A stretch of DNA of 64,000 nt from positions 16,023,974 to 16,087,973 of the forward strand of contig OZ316899.1 of assembly GCA_973895155.1 (NCBI GenBank), written 5' to 3'. The notes below the pieces were generated by a model. The model saw nothing but the letters and a program-made list of their open reading frames with translations. It had not been told where the DNA came from and searched no databases. Source of the stretch: Marsupella aquatica. Its lineage: Eukaryota; Plantae; Marchantiophyta. Shown piece by piece: positions 24,077-36,560 of this stretch (position 1 is the stretch's first letter; each line of letters begins with the position of its first letter). The translations under genes and the position numbers were made by a program.

Positions 24077-27000
24077 TGTGGTGCGTCCCATGGCTCCCTA
24101 AACCGAATAAACCCCCCTGCACAAGCCGATTCCCGTAGTTTTCGCTCTCGGCAAGGCTGGTTCCGCGTTTAGGGTTTATCAGCATGGGACGCTGCTAATT
24201 CTCTTCTACTAACATTTTACACACATATACTGGACAGACCTTCATCGGGTCATAAGATAAGTAGTCGGCCTATTCTATGTCTTCCCTTGTCTTCCTCTCC
24301 TGGTCTCCCTTTAGGTATGTTTGGATTCCGCCATTGGAATGATCCCCAATTGGCTTGGGTTAGCCGCTAAGACCTCTCTCAGCTTGACACATCCAACTCT
24401 TACTACCTTGCTTACTTCCCTTCTCTCTTGGTTGATGTGGGCAATCTTCAAACAAGTTAATGCAACACACAAATAGCAAAATGATTTCTTCTGACTGAGT
24501 TATACCATGCACTTGCCATACAAACAGTACTTCTCATACACAAGATCTGCGAACTAAGCCATGAGGCCAACTCTATTCAGCTCTTAGGCATGAGGAAACA
24601 TGAATATACACAAGGGTCACTGTATAACTAACCGAGAGCTTCTTTTACTACTTGATCCCAGCCCTGCTGGTGCACTAAAAACTTGCCTATCTGTAATCTA
24701 CCTATGTACAGCAAGGCAAGAGCACAAGTGTTGCTCTTACCAGTGGATCCGCAATCCCACTAATCTAAGTGTTAGGGCTGCCTCTTGGTCCTGATCCTAA
24801 TTTCTAAACTTAGAGATTTGAGCCCGCCTTGCCCACTCATGCCTCCTCCCTCCACGTTTTCCCTCCTTAAAAGGAGCGGCCCTCCACCACCGTCATGGTA
24901 GCGGTGGCTGATCCTCAATGGACAACCCCAAAGCTTCCTCCGCAGCCATTGCAGTAGGTCCGTCCTCTGACAGATTACCTGGCCCAGACCTAGTCAACTC
25001 TCCCGCAGCCTGACCGGGTCCACCCTTGGGCTTTGGCCTCAGCTTGACTACGGCCTCAGATCCGGCTACGGCCTCCCCGGCCTGCTCTAGCGGTCAGGGA
25101 TGCAAGCTCTTGCTGCAGCACAATAATCTCTTGATAGGATCTCCTTAACTCGGCCTCCTTCTGCTCAAGGGCTCCGCGGAGATCCTTGAGCTCCCCCTTC
25201 AGTGCCCTCTCCTTCCTTTGTGTCTCCGCCATGGCCCAATTGTTGGTTGCTATGTGGTCCCCCTCTGCGTCCTTCAGCTCCCACTTCCACTTCTCTTTTT
25301 CCTTGACCACGTCGGCCAACTCCCCTTGGGTCCGAGTAAGTTTATCCTTGATAATCTGATTATCAGACTGAGCGGTATCTAGTTGCCCCCGCATGATGTT
25401 TAGCTCATGCCGCTTAATCTGTAGCTCATCTTGGGCTTTCTTGGCCGCCTTCAGGTCTTCTGCCTTGGCTTCCTTCTCCCTAAGCCGACGGATGACCTTG
25501 TCCTTCTTCCTCCTCTCCAAAGCCACTACTTCCTCCAATTAGCATTTTTCCAACATCTCCCTCTAGAAAAAGGGTCCCTACTCCAACTCCTCCCCAAAGA
25601 TGCTGAGCGCAAGTTCCCCACACATCTCCCCGTACTCCATGGCTCTTTCTTGCGCATAGGTGGAGTGAGTAGTAGTCATCGGCATCACCCATCGCGGCCT
25701 TTGTTCCCAAGCCGCCTTTCGGATCTCTTCTATCGTGATTGGTGGGCTGCTTTGTCTTTTTGCAAGCTGTCGGATGTCCTCTGGCCATTCTCCCCCAAGT
25801 AAATCCTTCTCCTTGGCCAGGGTTGCCTCCTCTTGTTCCCTGGGTTGCTCTTGAAACTCTTGTGCCGTCTGTTTTATCCCGTCAAATCTCAGGGGAGCGA
25901 CATCTGGTGGGGGAGACTCGGGGCTGCTCTGCTGGGTGGGGTCCCCTCAAACTACTCTAGGAAGCGTGGGGATGAAACGGCCATAGGTCCTTACTCCTGG
26001 GACATGATGGTCCGACCCATAGCCGGAGTCGTCATTGCCGTAGTCCTCCACCACCTCCTCCCCGGCTTGGACTACCGGCTCCCCCCACTACTCTCTTGGT
26101 CTTGCTGTGAACACGGCCTCCTGCCGAACATAGCTCACGGGTCCTGGTTCCTCCTCCGGCTTCCAGGCTGATCTCTCCTTCTCCTTATCTTTGGGCTGCT
26201 CTCCCTTGGATTCTGGACTTGCGACTCCCACATACATTCCAACCCCCGGCTCGTGTTCCGACCTCCTTCTTTCCTTGGCTCCGGTAAAGGGGTTTTCTCT
26301 TCTAAGTCGGCTTAGGCCTACCTTTGGAGCAGTGTCTTGTACCGGTGCCGTTGCCGTCGCAGCCCTGTTTTCCTTCTCTAGCAATTTCAGAAGATTCTGC
26401 TTGGTTGCTGCATTGGCAAGTCTTCCATCCTCGGCCTAAACACTTGCTCAATCATAGGAGTGTCGGGCTGGTTGGGTTTCTCTGCTACCGGCCTCTGGTC
26501 CGGAACCTCCTTTGGTGCCCTTGCCTGCAGGGGAAGTACTAGGGCAAAGATCTGACTCCGGGCATACCGGCACAACAGTAGCATGTGATAGCCAAGCCGG
26601 GACACACTTCCTTGGCCGATCACCTGTTGTTCCTCCTTCAAGATCTTCTTTAGTTGGGTGAGGAGGTACCCGTTGTAGTCTCGGCTTGGGTCTGGCCTCT
26701 CCGCCAGGTAAACTTATGCCTTGCCAATCTCTAGCCTTGAGTGGTGGACCTCGCCACCCAGCGCCCTCACCAATCCCAACACTCGCGCCTAAGTGCCCTT
26801 GGTGCCCGAACGCCTCCACGGAATACCTCGAGCAAGCATCCAAGTGTCTCTTGCACCACCTGCAGCCACTCCCATACAAAGCCGCACTTGCTCACCTACA
26901 CGACCGCTACTCAACGGTCCTCATTGTCTGCACAAACAAGCAAGCACCTTGGTAAGTAACCCCTCTGGATCTAGAACTCGCCCAGTCTAGCATCCTAACT

Positions 27001-28668
27001 CAAGCTCAACAGACGTTGGTAAATAGGTCAGTGATGGGTCCTCCGGATGCCATAAGTCGGAACCAGAACCCACGCCCACTATCCGTCCAGGATAGCTCCT
27101 TCCTTGGGCGCGGCCCGGGTTCCCCCTCGTACCTATCCATCACCAACTGACCGCCGTAACCTCAGGACATGCTCATGGCCCAATTAGCGTAGCTTGTCCT
27201 AAAGCTTGTCCCAAGCTTGTCTCAACACGCCGGGACCAGAATGGCCCCGACTCTAACAACGGCTCCCGTTTTGCCCCACTGATGGTCTAGGGACCGAGCG
27301 CCCTTGGGACTCAGCCTCCATACCTACTTGACCTTTCCTCCCCAATGCAAGCTCCCTTGGGAGGCTGAACGCGGCTTGGCTGCTATTCGGTAGGATTTGG
27401 CAAACGGGCGAGCTAACACCCACAAACCACAAGAACCCATGGCACCCTCAGACCCAGCTGAGCTAAGGAGGGCGTATCTCTCCTCAAGAGCTTTCCAACG
27501 CACCTAAGAAGTCCTCCAATAGACTTCCCATTGGGAAGATATCGCCATTTCCGTTTGGCGGTTTCCCTTAGTGTCGCGACCGTCGCGGCTCACGACTTCG
27601 CCTTTAGCCCCCAGGGAGACACTACTCCCCTCATATATGCTTTTGGAGACCTGCCACCCCCGGACCAGCTTTGGTCCCTAAACATTTGGCCCCCAACCCG
27701 GATCCCATCGCGCATAATGGGCGCGCCACCAACTGGCAACGCCCATAACTTTCTTGATAGGCACCCACAAGCGGAGTGCCTTAGCCCGTTGTGACCGGGC
27801 CGACCCAGTGCTCATGCCTAGGCCCTCAGGTCTGATCGCCGCTCGGGGCCCCCGACCGGCCCAACCCGGATCGGGCCACAACTTGCGCCCCAAGCGTCCA
27901 TTGCCAATGGCGTCAACTCCATTGTGCCTTGGGCCCAAGAGGAGCTCACTCCAAGCCCTCAGAACTCAAAGCCCATCCGACGGTCCGGGCGGCCATCCTT
28001 GAGCTCGGCCCATTTCCCCTTGACCCGACCAGCCATAGGCTAGTCCAAGTCCTTAGTTGGTGTCCCCAGCTTGGCCCCTTGCCTCGCCAGTGCCACGTCT
28101 CATTGCCCACAAGTCTCCCCATGCTAAGTCCTCCCCGGATGGCCTATCCGGGCCTGGACCATAAGGGAGCTTGGCGTCGGAGTCAGGGACGCCGGAGCTA
28201 AGTGTTAAGGTAGTCGAGTTCCGCGACTTGCACCCCCCGCTTAAAAATGGTCACGTCCGCGTGACCTAAGTAAACGTTCCAACATGCCTAGACCACTTTG
28301 GGCCTTAAAATTTTTTATGAGGTAACAAATGGTTTGCCCATAAGGATGATGCAAACCAAGTTGGTATACGCATTCCAAACTTAGGAAATTCCAACCTATC
28401 CCACTTATCCAAGTAGGATGCCAGTCCAAACGGGTAAGCTAACTCCAAACTCGTCGGACCCATTATCCTCCCCTTGGGGCGGTCCCCTTTGGTTTGAACT
28501 AGCTCGCCCACAGATGTAGGGCGGGCACCATCAACTTCCACTCGCAAAAAGCCAATCGGCCGCCCAACAACCTCTAGCACCAACGCAATCCAAATTTATC
28601 CTTAAGAGGCCAAGAGGAGTGAAACTAGGATACAACTCACAAAGGTAGCTACAGTTGCCTGTACCAGT

Positions 28669-30270
28669 TCACAATGGCGGTAGGCCGCTTTGCTTACGAT
28701 AGCTTCCAAGGATCTCTGAGGCATTACCCAAATTTTCTTCCGGCTCCCAGGTACTCTCGGCCTGGTCGTAGCCAGCCCAGTTCACCAAATACTCTAAAAT
28801 TTGTCTTCCCAACTTGCGTTTGTAATGGTGGTCCATAATTGCCCCCACCTCGAACTCCTCCGCATCCTCCACCAGCATGGCGTCCGGACGCAAGACCTGA
28901 TCCCGGTTGGGATCATCGTCTTTGACAAACTTCTTGAGCCGGCTAACATGGTAGCTTTTGCCCACACCCATTTCCTTGGGTGTCTCCAACACCACCAAAA
29001 CCGGATTATCCTTGTGGGCCCATCATATGATGCGATAGGGCCCTGCATATCTGGGAGCCAGCTTCCTACTTATGTTCCCGTGGTATTGCTCAGGTCTCAA
29101 CTGCAACCAGACGCTCTCCCCAATTTCAAAGCTTACCTAGCGTTGATGTTTATCCCCTTGCTCCTTGTACCGACTTTGGGCAAGGGTCATACCCTTGGTA
29201 GCCGCTTCCACAACTGGGCGCCGCTCTCGAATAAAATTGTCCGCAGAAGGAACCTTGCTTTCCGTCCGCCAAGCTTCAGGATTTATAAACCAGGAGGGCG
29301 CCCTTGGCGTCCTCCTTGTGGCCAACACAAACGTCGCAAACCCCGTCGCCAAATGCTTGGTCGAGTTATACCTAAACTTGGCCCAATCCTTCTGATTGGC
29401 TGTCACAAAGTGACGCAAGTAGTCCTCCACGATACCGTTAACCCGTTCTGTTTGGCCATCTGTCTCATGATGATACGCTGACCCCTGGTCAGGTCCGTTC
29501 TGGATAACCGGAAGAACACCTTTCAGAAATGGCCTGTGAACTTGGTATCGCGATCGGACAGGATATGCAACGGCAATCCCCACTGTCGAAAGACATTGTC
29601 AAATACTAGACCGGCAACCTCTCGGGCCAAAACCATCTTTGTAGTAGGCAAGAAATACGCCATCTTGGAAAAACGATCCACAATTGTTAAGATGGAGTTA
29701 CTGCCATGGGACTCAGGTAATCCAACAATGAAGTCCATGGAGATAGACTCCCATGGAGCCGTAGCTACTGGTAAGGGTTGCAGTAGTCCTCCTTTTGCCC
29801 TATAGACCGTTCAGTTCTTTTGGCATGAGTAACAACTTTGCACGTGTTGAAGGACCGATTGCTTCATGTCCGGCCAATACACATCTCGCAACATGCTGCG
29901 ATACGTGGCGGCTTGTCCTCCGTGCCCTCCCCAGGGCAAGTCGTGGTACTTTTGCAGAACCTATAGCCTTAGAGACTCTGGTATGTACACACGCCTCTGC
30001 TTGTATCGCCATAACTGGACATTATGCGTTGTATCCAACCCCAACGATACGTGCCTTACCTTGCCCTGGCTACCCCCATTGCTTTGCCAATCCTTAACTA
30101 ATCTGTCATCCCCGTACGCCGCAGCCAGAACCTTTGGCCACTCGGATTCGAGCATCGTGATCCCATTGACACAATGTTGGTCCTTACGCGATAACGCGTC
30201 CGCTGCCGTGGCGGACTTTAAAATCAAAATCCGCCAAGAACATCTGCCAACACATTTCCTTGGGGTTTAG
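28669..30270 (-). pseudogene. Family C RNase H end, integrase and chromodomain
   Basis: SMDFIVGLP, IVDRFSKM, SDRD, TDGQTERVN, GPY; chromodomain EFEVGAIMDH...EYLVNWAGYDQAESTWEPEENL. Confidence 0.92.
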
Positions 30271-30275
30271 CCTTG

Positions 30276-33200
30276 TGTGGTGCGTCCCATGGCTCCCCAA
30301 ACCCAAGAAACCCCCCCGCACAAGCCAATTTCCGTAGCTTTTGTCCTCGACGAGGCCGTTTCTGCGGCTTAGCGGCATGGGACGCTGCTAATTTCCTCTA
30401 CTACTACTATTAACATTTTACACACATATATTGGACAGATCCTTCATCGGGTCATGAGATACTTAGCCGGCCTATTCTAGGCCCTCCCTTGTATTCCTCT
30501 CCTGGTCTTCCCTTAGGTATGTTTGGATTCCGCCGCCGGAATGATCCCCAATTGGCTTGGTTAAGCCGCTAAGACCTCTCTCAGCTTGACACATCCAACT
30601 CTCACTCCCTTGCTACTTCCCTTCATTGATGTGGGCACTCTTCACACAAGTTAATGCGGCACACAAATAGCAAAATGACTCCTTCTGACTGAGTTATACC
30701 ATGCACTTGCCATACAAACAGTACATCTCATACACAAGCTCTGCGAACTAAGCCGTGAGGCCAACTCTATTCAATTTTTAGGCATGAGGAACCATGAATA
30801 TACACAAGGGTCACTGTATAACTAACCGAGAGCTTCTCTTACTACTTGATCCCAGCCCTGCTGGTGCAACTAAAAACTTGCTAAATAAGAGGCCTTGAAC
30901 TCCCCGCAGCCCAGGTACTTATCCTGGTTGTGGATCCGCCTGATTCCTTGCAGCGTAAGCCTAATCTACTTATCAATAATCTACCTAACTGTAATCTACC
31001 TATGTACAGCGAGGCAAGAGCACAAGTGTTGCCCTTACTCGTGGATCCGCAATCCCACTAATCTAAGTGTCAGGGTCGTCTCCTGGTCCTGATCCTTAGT
31101 CTAAACTTGGAGATCAGCACCCGCCCTGCCCACTCACGCCTCCTACCTCCACGTCCGCCCTCCCTAAAAGGGACGGCTCCCTTACACCGTCACGACCCCG
31201 GTGGCTGGTCCTCAATGGATGCCCCCAACGCTTCCTCCGTAGCCACTGCTGTTGGTCCGTCCTCTGACAGATTACCTGCCCCGGGCCGAGTCAACTATTC
31301 ATCGGCCTGACTGGGTCCACCCTCGGCTTCGGCCTCAGCATTGGCCACGGCCTCCCCGACATGTTCTAGTGGTGGATCTGGTACCTCGGCTTCATTACTG
31401 GTTGTCCCGGCCTTGGCCTTGCCATCCCCACTTCCTAGGACTGGTGGATCCACTGTCGTGTCGATGCCGGGTTTATCTTCTCGGTCACAACGGCTTGAGA
31501 AGCCGTATAACTCCCAGACCTAGAAGGTTTCTGCTTCTTCTTCTTCCCTATTTTGACAGTCGGTTCCTTCCCCTTGCCACTTACCTCCGGCACCGGGGTG
31601 AGTGTCTCGGCTTGTCCTTTGGCCAATACTACCCCTGGTAACTGGGTTGCCCCAATTGGAGTTGGACCTGATGAAGCCAAGCATTTAAATACTGCGGCTT
31701 GTTTCTTCAGCCGCTCCGTTTGGTTGTCGGCCCGCCGCTGTAGGTTCTCCATCTTCCTCGTGATTTCCTCCAACTCCTCCTGGGTCTCGTCCAGGTCCTT
31801 GCGCGCCTCCTCCAGCTCCTTTTTGGCTTCCTCCAATTCTTTCTTTAAGGTAGCCCTCTCCTCCCGGGTTGCTCTTAGCTCCTTGTCGAGCTCTGCTACG
31901 ACCTCAGACTCCATCTTATTCATCTTGGCATAAGTCTGGTCGAGCTGGTCGTCTTTCTCACGGAGGTCGGCCTTGAAGCTGGCCGTCAGGGACGCAAGCT
32001 CCTGCTGCAGCGCAATAATCCCTTGATAGGATTTCCCTAACTCGGCCTCCTTTTGCTCAAGGGCTCCGCGGATATCCTTGAGTTCCCCCTTTAATGCCCT
32101 CTCCCTTCTCTGGTTCTCCGTCATGGCCCGATTGTTGGTTGCTAAGTGGGCCTCCTCTGCGTTCCTTGGCTCTCGCTTCCATTTCTCTCTTTCCTTGACT
32201 GCGCCGGCCAACTCTCCTTGGGTCCGAGTCAGTTTATCTTTGATAATCTGATTGTCAGACTGAGCGGTATCCAACTGCCCCTGCATGATGTTTAGCTCAT
32301 GCCGCTTAATCCGCAACTCATCTTGGGCTTTCTTGGCCACCTGCAGGACTTCCACCTCGGCTTCCTTCTCCCTAAGCCGCCGGATGCCCTCGTCCTTCTT
32401 GCTTCTCTCCAAAGCCACCGCTTCTTCTAATCGATGCTTCTCCAACCTCTCCCTCTGGTAGAAAGGTCCCTGCTCCAACTCCTCCCCAAAGATGCTGAGC
32501 GCCAGGTCCCCACACATCTCCCTGTACTCCATGGCTCTATCTTTAGCATAGGTGGAGTAAGTAGAAGTCATCGGCATCAACCACCTCGGCCTCTATTCCC
32601 AAGCCGCCTTGCGGATTTCTTCTACGGTGGCAAGAGGGTTGCTTCTTTTTTTGGCAAGCCGCCTGATGTCCTCCAGGCAATCTCCTCCTGGTAAGTCTTT
32701 CTCCCTAGCCAGGGCTGCCCTCTCTTCCTCCCTGAGTCGCTCCTGAAAATCTTGTGCCGTCTGCTTTATGCCGTCAAAGCTCGGGGGAGCAACCTCTGGT
32801 GGGGGAGACTCGGGGCTACTCTGTTGGGTGGGGTCCCCTCGAACTACTCTTGGAAGCGTGGGGAACATGATGATCCAACCCATAGCCGGAGTTATCATTG
32901 CTGTAGTCCTCCACCGCCTCCTCCACTGCTTGGACTCCCTGCTTCCCCCTTTGTTCCCCTGGTCCTGCCGTGAAAACGGCCTCACAGACCACGGGCTCTT
33001 GTTCCTCCTCTGGGTTCCAGGCTGTCCTCTCCCTCTGCTCGTGGGAAGGAGCCTTAGGCTGCTCTGCCTCCGATTCGGGGCTTGAGGCTCCCACATACAT
33101 TCGCACTCCCGGCTTGTGTTCCGGCCTTCTTCTCTCCTTGGCTCTGGTAAACGGGTTTTCCCTCCTGAGTTGGCTTAGGCCGGCCTTTGGGGCAGTGTCC

Positions 33201-34963
33201 TGTATCGGTGCCGTTGCCGTTGCTAGTGCCGTTCTCTCCTTCTCCAGCATTTTTAGTAGATTCTGCATGCCTGATTGCTGCATCGGCAAGTCTTCTTTCC
33301 TTGGCCGAAACACCTACTCGATTGTAGGACTGGCAGGCTGGTTGGGCTTCTTCTGTTGCTGGCCTCTGCTCCGAAACCTCCTTCGGTGCCCTTGCCAATA
33401 GGGGAAGTATTGGGGCAAAGATTTGACTTCTGGCATACCGGCACAACAGCGGCATGTGATAGCCAAGCCGGGACACGCTTCCCACGCCGATCGCCTGTTG
33501 TTCCTCCTTCAAGATCTTCTTTAGTTGGTTGAGGAGGTACCCGTTGTAATCCCGACTTGGGTTTGGCCTTTCTGCCAGGTATACCTGAGCCTTGCCGATC
33601 TCTGCCCTCGGTAAGTTACAATGCATGGTCACCCGCAAGAAATCGATCATCGCTCCGATGTGCGGGTTGGTGTAGGTGTTCCGGAAGAAGCCATTCTTCG
33701 TTGATGGTCCTGGGAACGACCGGAACTCCTTGTCAGGTAAGGTCTTCCTGGTATCAACCTTGGTCTTATTACCCATCGGCAAGCCAAACACCTCGGCAAT
33801 CACCCAGGGAGTGAGATAGAATCCTTCCCATACACCCTCGTGGAATTGGTCTCGAGTTTCCATGATCCCACGAATTCTAATAAGTCTGAGTTCAGCACCT
33901 CCGGCTTCAGCCACGGTAATCTTACAAAGGTTTCCAAGCCGGATCCGGCCATGAAGCCCTGGTACTTCTTGGTTTGCATGGCCGTAAAGCATGCATCCTC
34001 CTCCCGTGCAAAATGTAATTGCACTTCCTCTGGTAGGGTCGCCGCCCAGCCTTTCTAGGTGTCATCCTTTGTTAGAATGGCATTGATGGGATCAACCTCC
34101 TCCTCTTCGGCTTCTCCATGCCTCCTGCTCTGCTGCTCTACTGCTCTGCTGCTCTGTTGGCTTCCTTGGTGCCGCCGACCTTGTTCTTTTTGTCGGGGTG
34201 GCCTCTTTGTTGTTGTTTCCTTTCCTCTTCATCTCGGCTGCCGTGGATGTTTCTCCTAGCACCATTGCCTTTGTCCACCCCTCCGTGCTACCCTTCAACT
34301 CCCAGTGCACGTTGTTGCAGCAGTTGATGGCTTCCCGAATGCCGACGATTCTGTCTTCGCAAAACAGAAGGTCATCGAGCTGATTGGCAATAGGAGTCCA
34401 CAAGAACTCGGCCTTGATGAGTTCTCCTCCTAAGAAGGCAAACTTCTGCAGCTCCCACAGTCGAGCGAGCTCCTGCCGTTCTCGAGCTACTCTCTCCGAT
34501 TCTTCATCCTCGTAAGTCCCAATGTACTCAGTTGCCCGTTCGAACAGGCATCCCCAAAAATGTGCCGCTTGATTGACGTTGCTCATACCCTCCTTGACTC
34601 GATCGTTGGTATTTGTTCCCACCCAAAGTGCTTGCCTAAGCAGCTGACAGTATTTGGCCTCCCGTAGTTGTCTGCCCAGTTCGTGCTTGCAAATGAGCCA
34701 CCATTCCTCGCGAGCGGTCCTTACCCCTCTCCTCCTCTGGTCTTCCCTCCCGTTGGTCACCCCTAGCCGCCGATGCTTAGCGCACCCTAACCCTAATCGT
34801 GTTCTCTCCCCCGGCGTCCTTACTTCCGGCCTCGGTCCGGGTTCCATAGTCACCCTTAATTGTTTATATTTTCCTTGTCTTGTTACTATACTAAGGTGTT
34901 TCCAGGGTACACTCCTGCTTTTACCATGTAAACCGGCCTAGTGATTCCTGGCTAGGCATCACA
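30276..34963 (-). mobile_element. Family D giant solo LTR (4.69 kb) inserted in family C RNase H
   Basis: TG...CA ends. Perfect TSD CCTTG (30271-30275 and 34964-34968). Host frame KYFSSKPR|LNPKEM rejoins. Confidence 0.92.
31190..34853 (-). pseudogene. LTR-encoded accessory protein of family D (roughly 1200 aa before decay)
   Basis: Chained ORFs 34092-34853, 33800-34024, 33054-33992, 32816-33313, 32593-33096 and 31435-32580. Conserved core plus a long E/K-rich coiled coil. Confidence 0.8.
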
Positions 34964-36560
34964 CCTTGGCTTAGAACTGAAGTATTTGGCCGGCGAGCTA
35001 TCTGTGTGGATTACCACTTTGGAACCGTTCTTAAGGTAAATCTCCCACTTCTTCAACACGTAGATCACAACATACATTTCCCTTTCCGGCGTGATCCAGT
35101 GATTTTCCAACTTACATGACTCGAAGGCCATAGGACGCCCATCTTGGTGAAGACAGGCGCCGATGGCATAATCACTTGCGTCTGTCCAAATCTTGAACTT
35201 TAGAATTGGCGGTGTTATCATTAGCTGCTTAAGTTCCAGGAATGCTAACTTGCAATCCTGAGTCCACACAAACACTTTGTTTTTCAACGTTAGCGCGTTT
35301 AGGGGCCTCGCAATCCTTGCATAGTCTTTCATGTATCTCCGATAGAACCCCGTAAATCCTAAGAAGGCTCCAACTTGCCTTACATTGGATGGGCGCTCCC
35401 ATTCTTTGATCTCCTTAAGCTTGTCCTGACTAGGCGTAATCCCTTCCGGGGTAAAGGTATGGCCGAGGAACTGAATCTTGTTCATCGCAAACTCGCACTT
35501 GCTAGGTTTAGCAAAGAGATGAGCCTTACAAAGGCGAGAGAACACTTCTCTGAGCAACTGCTCATGCTCCTCCAACGTTTTCGAGTAGATTAGGATGTCA
35601 TCAATAAAGACGACCACTCCTTGGTCCAACAAGTCATGAAAGATGGTATTCATCATCTTCATGAACATTGCGGTTGCATTACACAACCCGAATGGCATAA
35701 CCAAAAACTCATAGGATCCGAACCTTGTGCGCATCGCGGTCTTATACTCGTCTCCCTTAGCCATGCGGATCTGGTAATACCCAGACCGCAAGTCCACCTT
35801 TGAAAAATTCTTAGCCCCGGAGAGGCAATCGAAGAGGTCATCCATATGAGGTAACAGGTACTTGTTCTTTACCCTATGCTTATTGAGGGCCCGGTAATCT
35901 GTGTAGAATCGCAAAGTACCATCCTTTTTGGACACAAACAGCACGGGCGCCCCGTAAGGACTCTTACTAGGGCGAATGAACCCTTGGTCGATCAACTCTT
36001 CCAAGGCATTCTTCAACATCATTCGCTTGTTCAGGTTCAGATGATAAGGAGCTTTAGCCTGAGGAGCCGATCCCGACTCCAACTCAACTTGGTGATCCAC
36101 TTCTCTCCGCGGGGGTAAACCTTTAGGTAGCTTCTGCGAGAGCACGTCGTTGAATTCCTCTAAAATTTCAGGAATTCAACCGCAGTCGGGCCCGACCTTA
36201 GCTGACTTGACGTTTGGCTGCGACGCAGCCTCCTTGGTTGGGTGGAGATGAAAGAAGAAACATTCATGTCCACCCTTGAAGTCTTTCCACCATTGCTTCG
36301 CCGATACACACGGAGACATCCACGACACTTTACTTACTTTAAGAAATCTTTCTTTATTTTTGGTAATTTCGTATACAACGATGGGCTCACCGCCCTTATT
36401 GGGAAAATGGAGCACCTCACCCCCCGGTTTCAAGGTAACATTGTGCTTTCTGAGATAACCTACCGACAAAATGAAGTCTACAGCTAGACCGTCTAGAATG
36501 TAGAACATCTCCTGACTAACAAAATTTTGTTGTTCGCCTATGACATCTACCCGAAGTCTA
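34964..36560 (-). pseudogene. Family C protease C-terminus, RT and RNase H
   Basis: SKSPYGAPVLFV, DYRALN, KVDLRSGYYQ, MPFGLCNA, FIDDILIY, WTDASDYAIGA. Confidence 0.95.

Noticed and set aside
31435-32580. Host SMC/myosin-like coiled-coil gene
   Set aside because: It lies within a TSD-bounded LTR and recurs in four copies, so it is TE-encoded.
34784-34796. Telomere-like CCCTAACCCTAA (also single TAGGGTTT motifs near 9298 and 50769)
   Set aside because: Only one or two units, and the CCCTAA pair lies within family D coding sequence; not an interstitial telomeric array.
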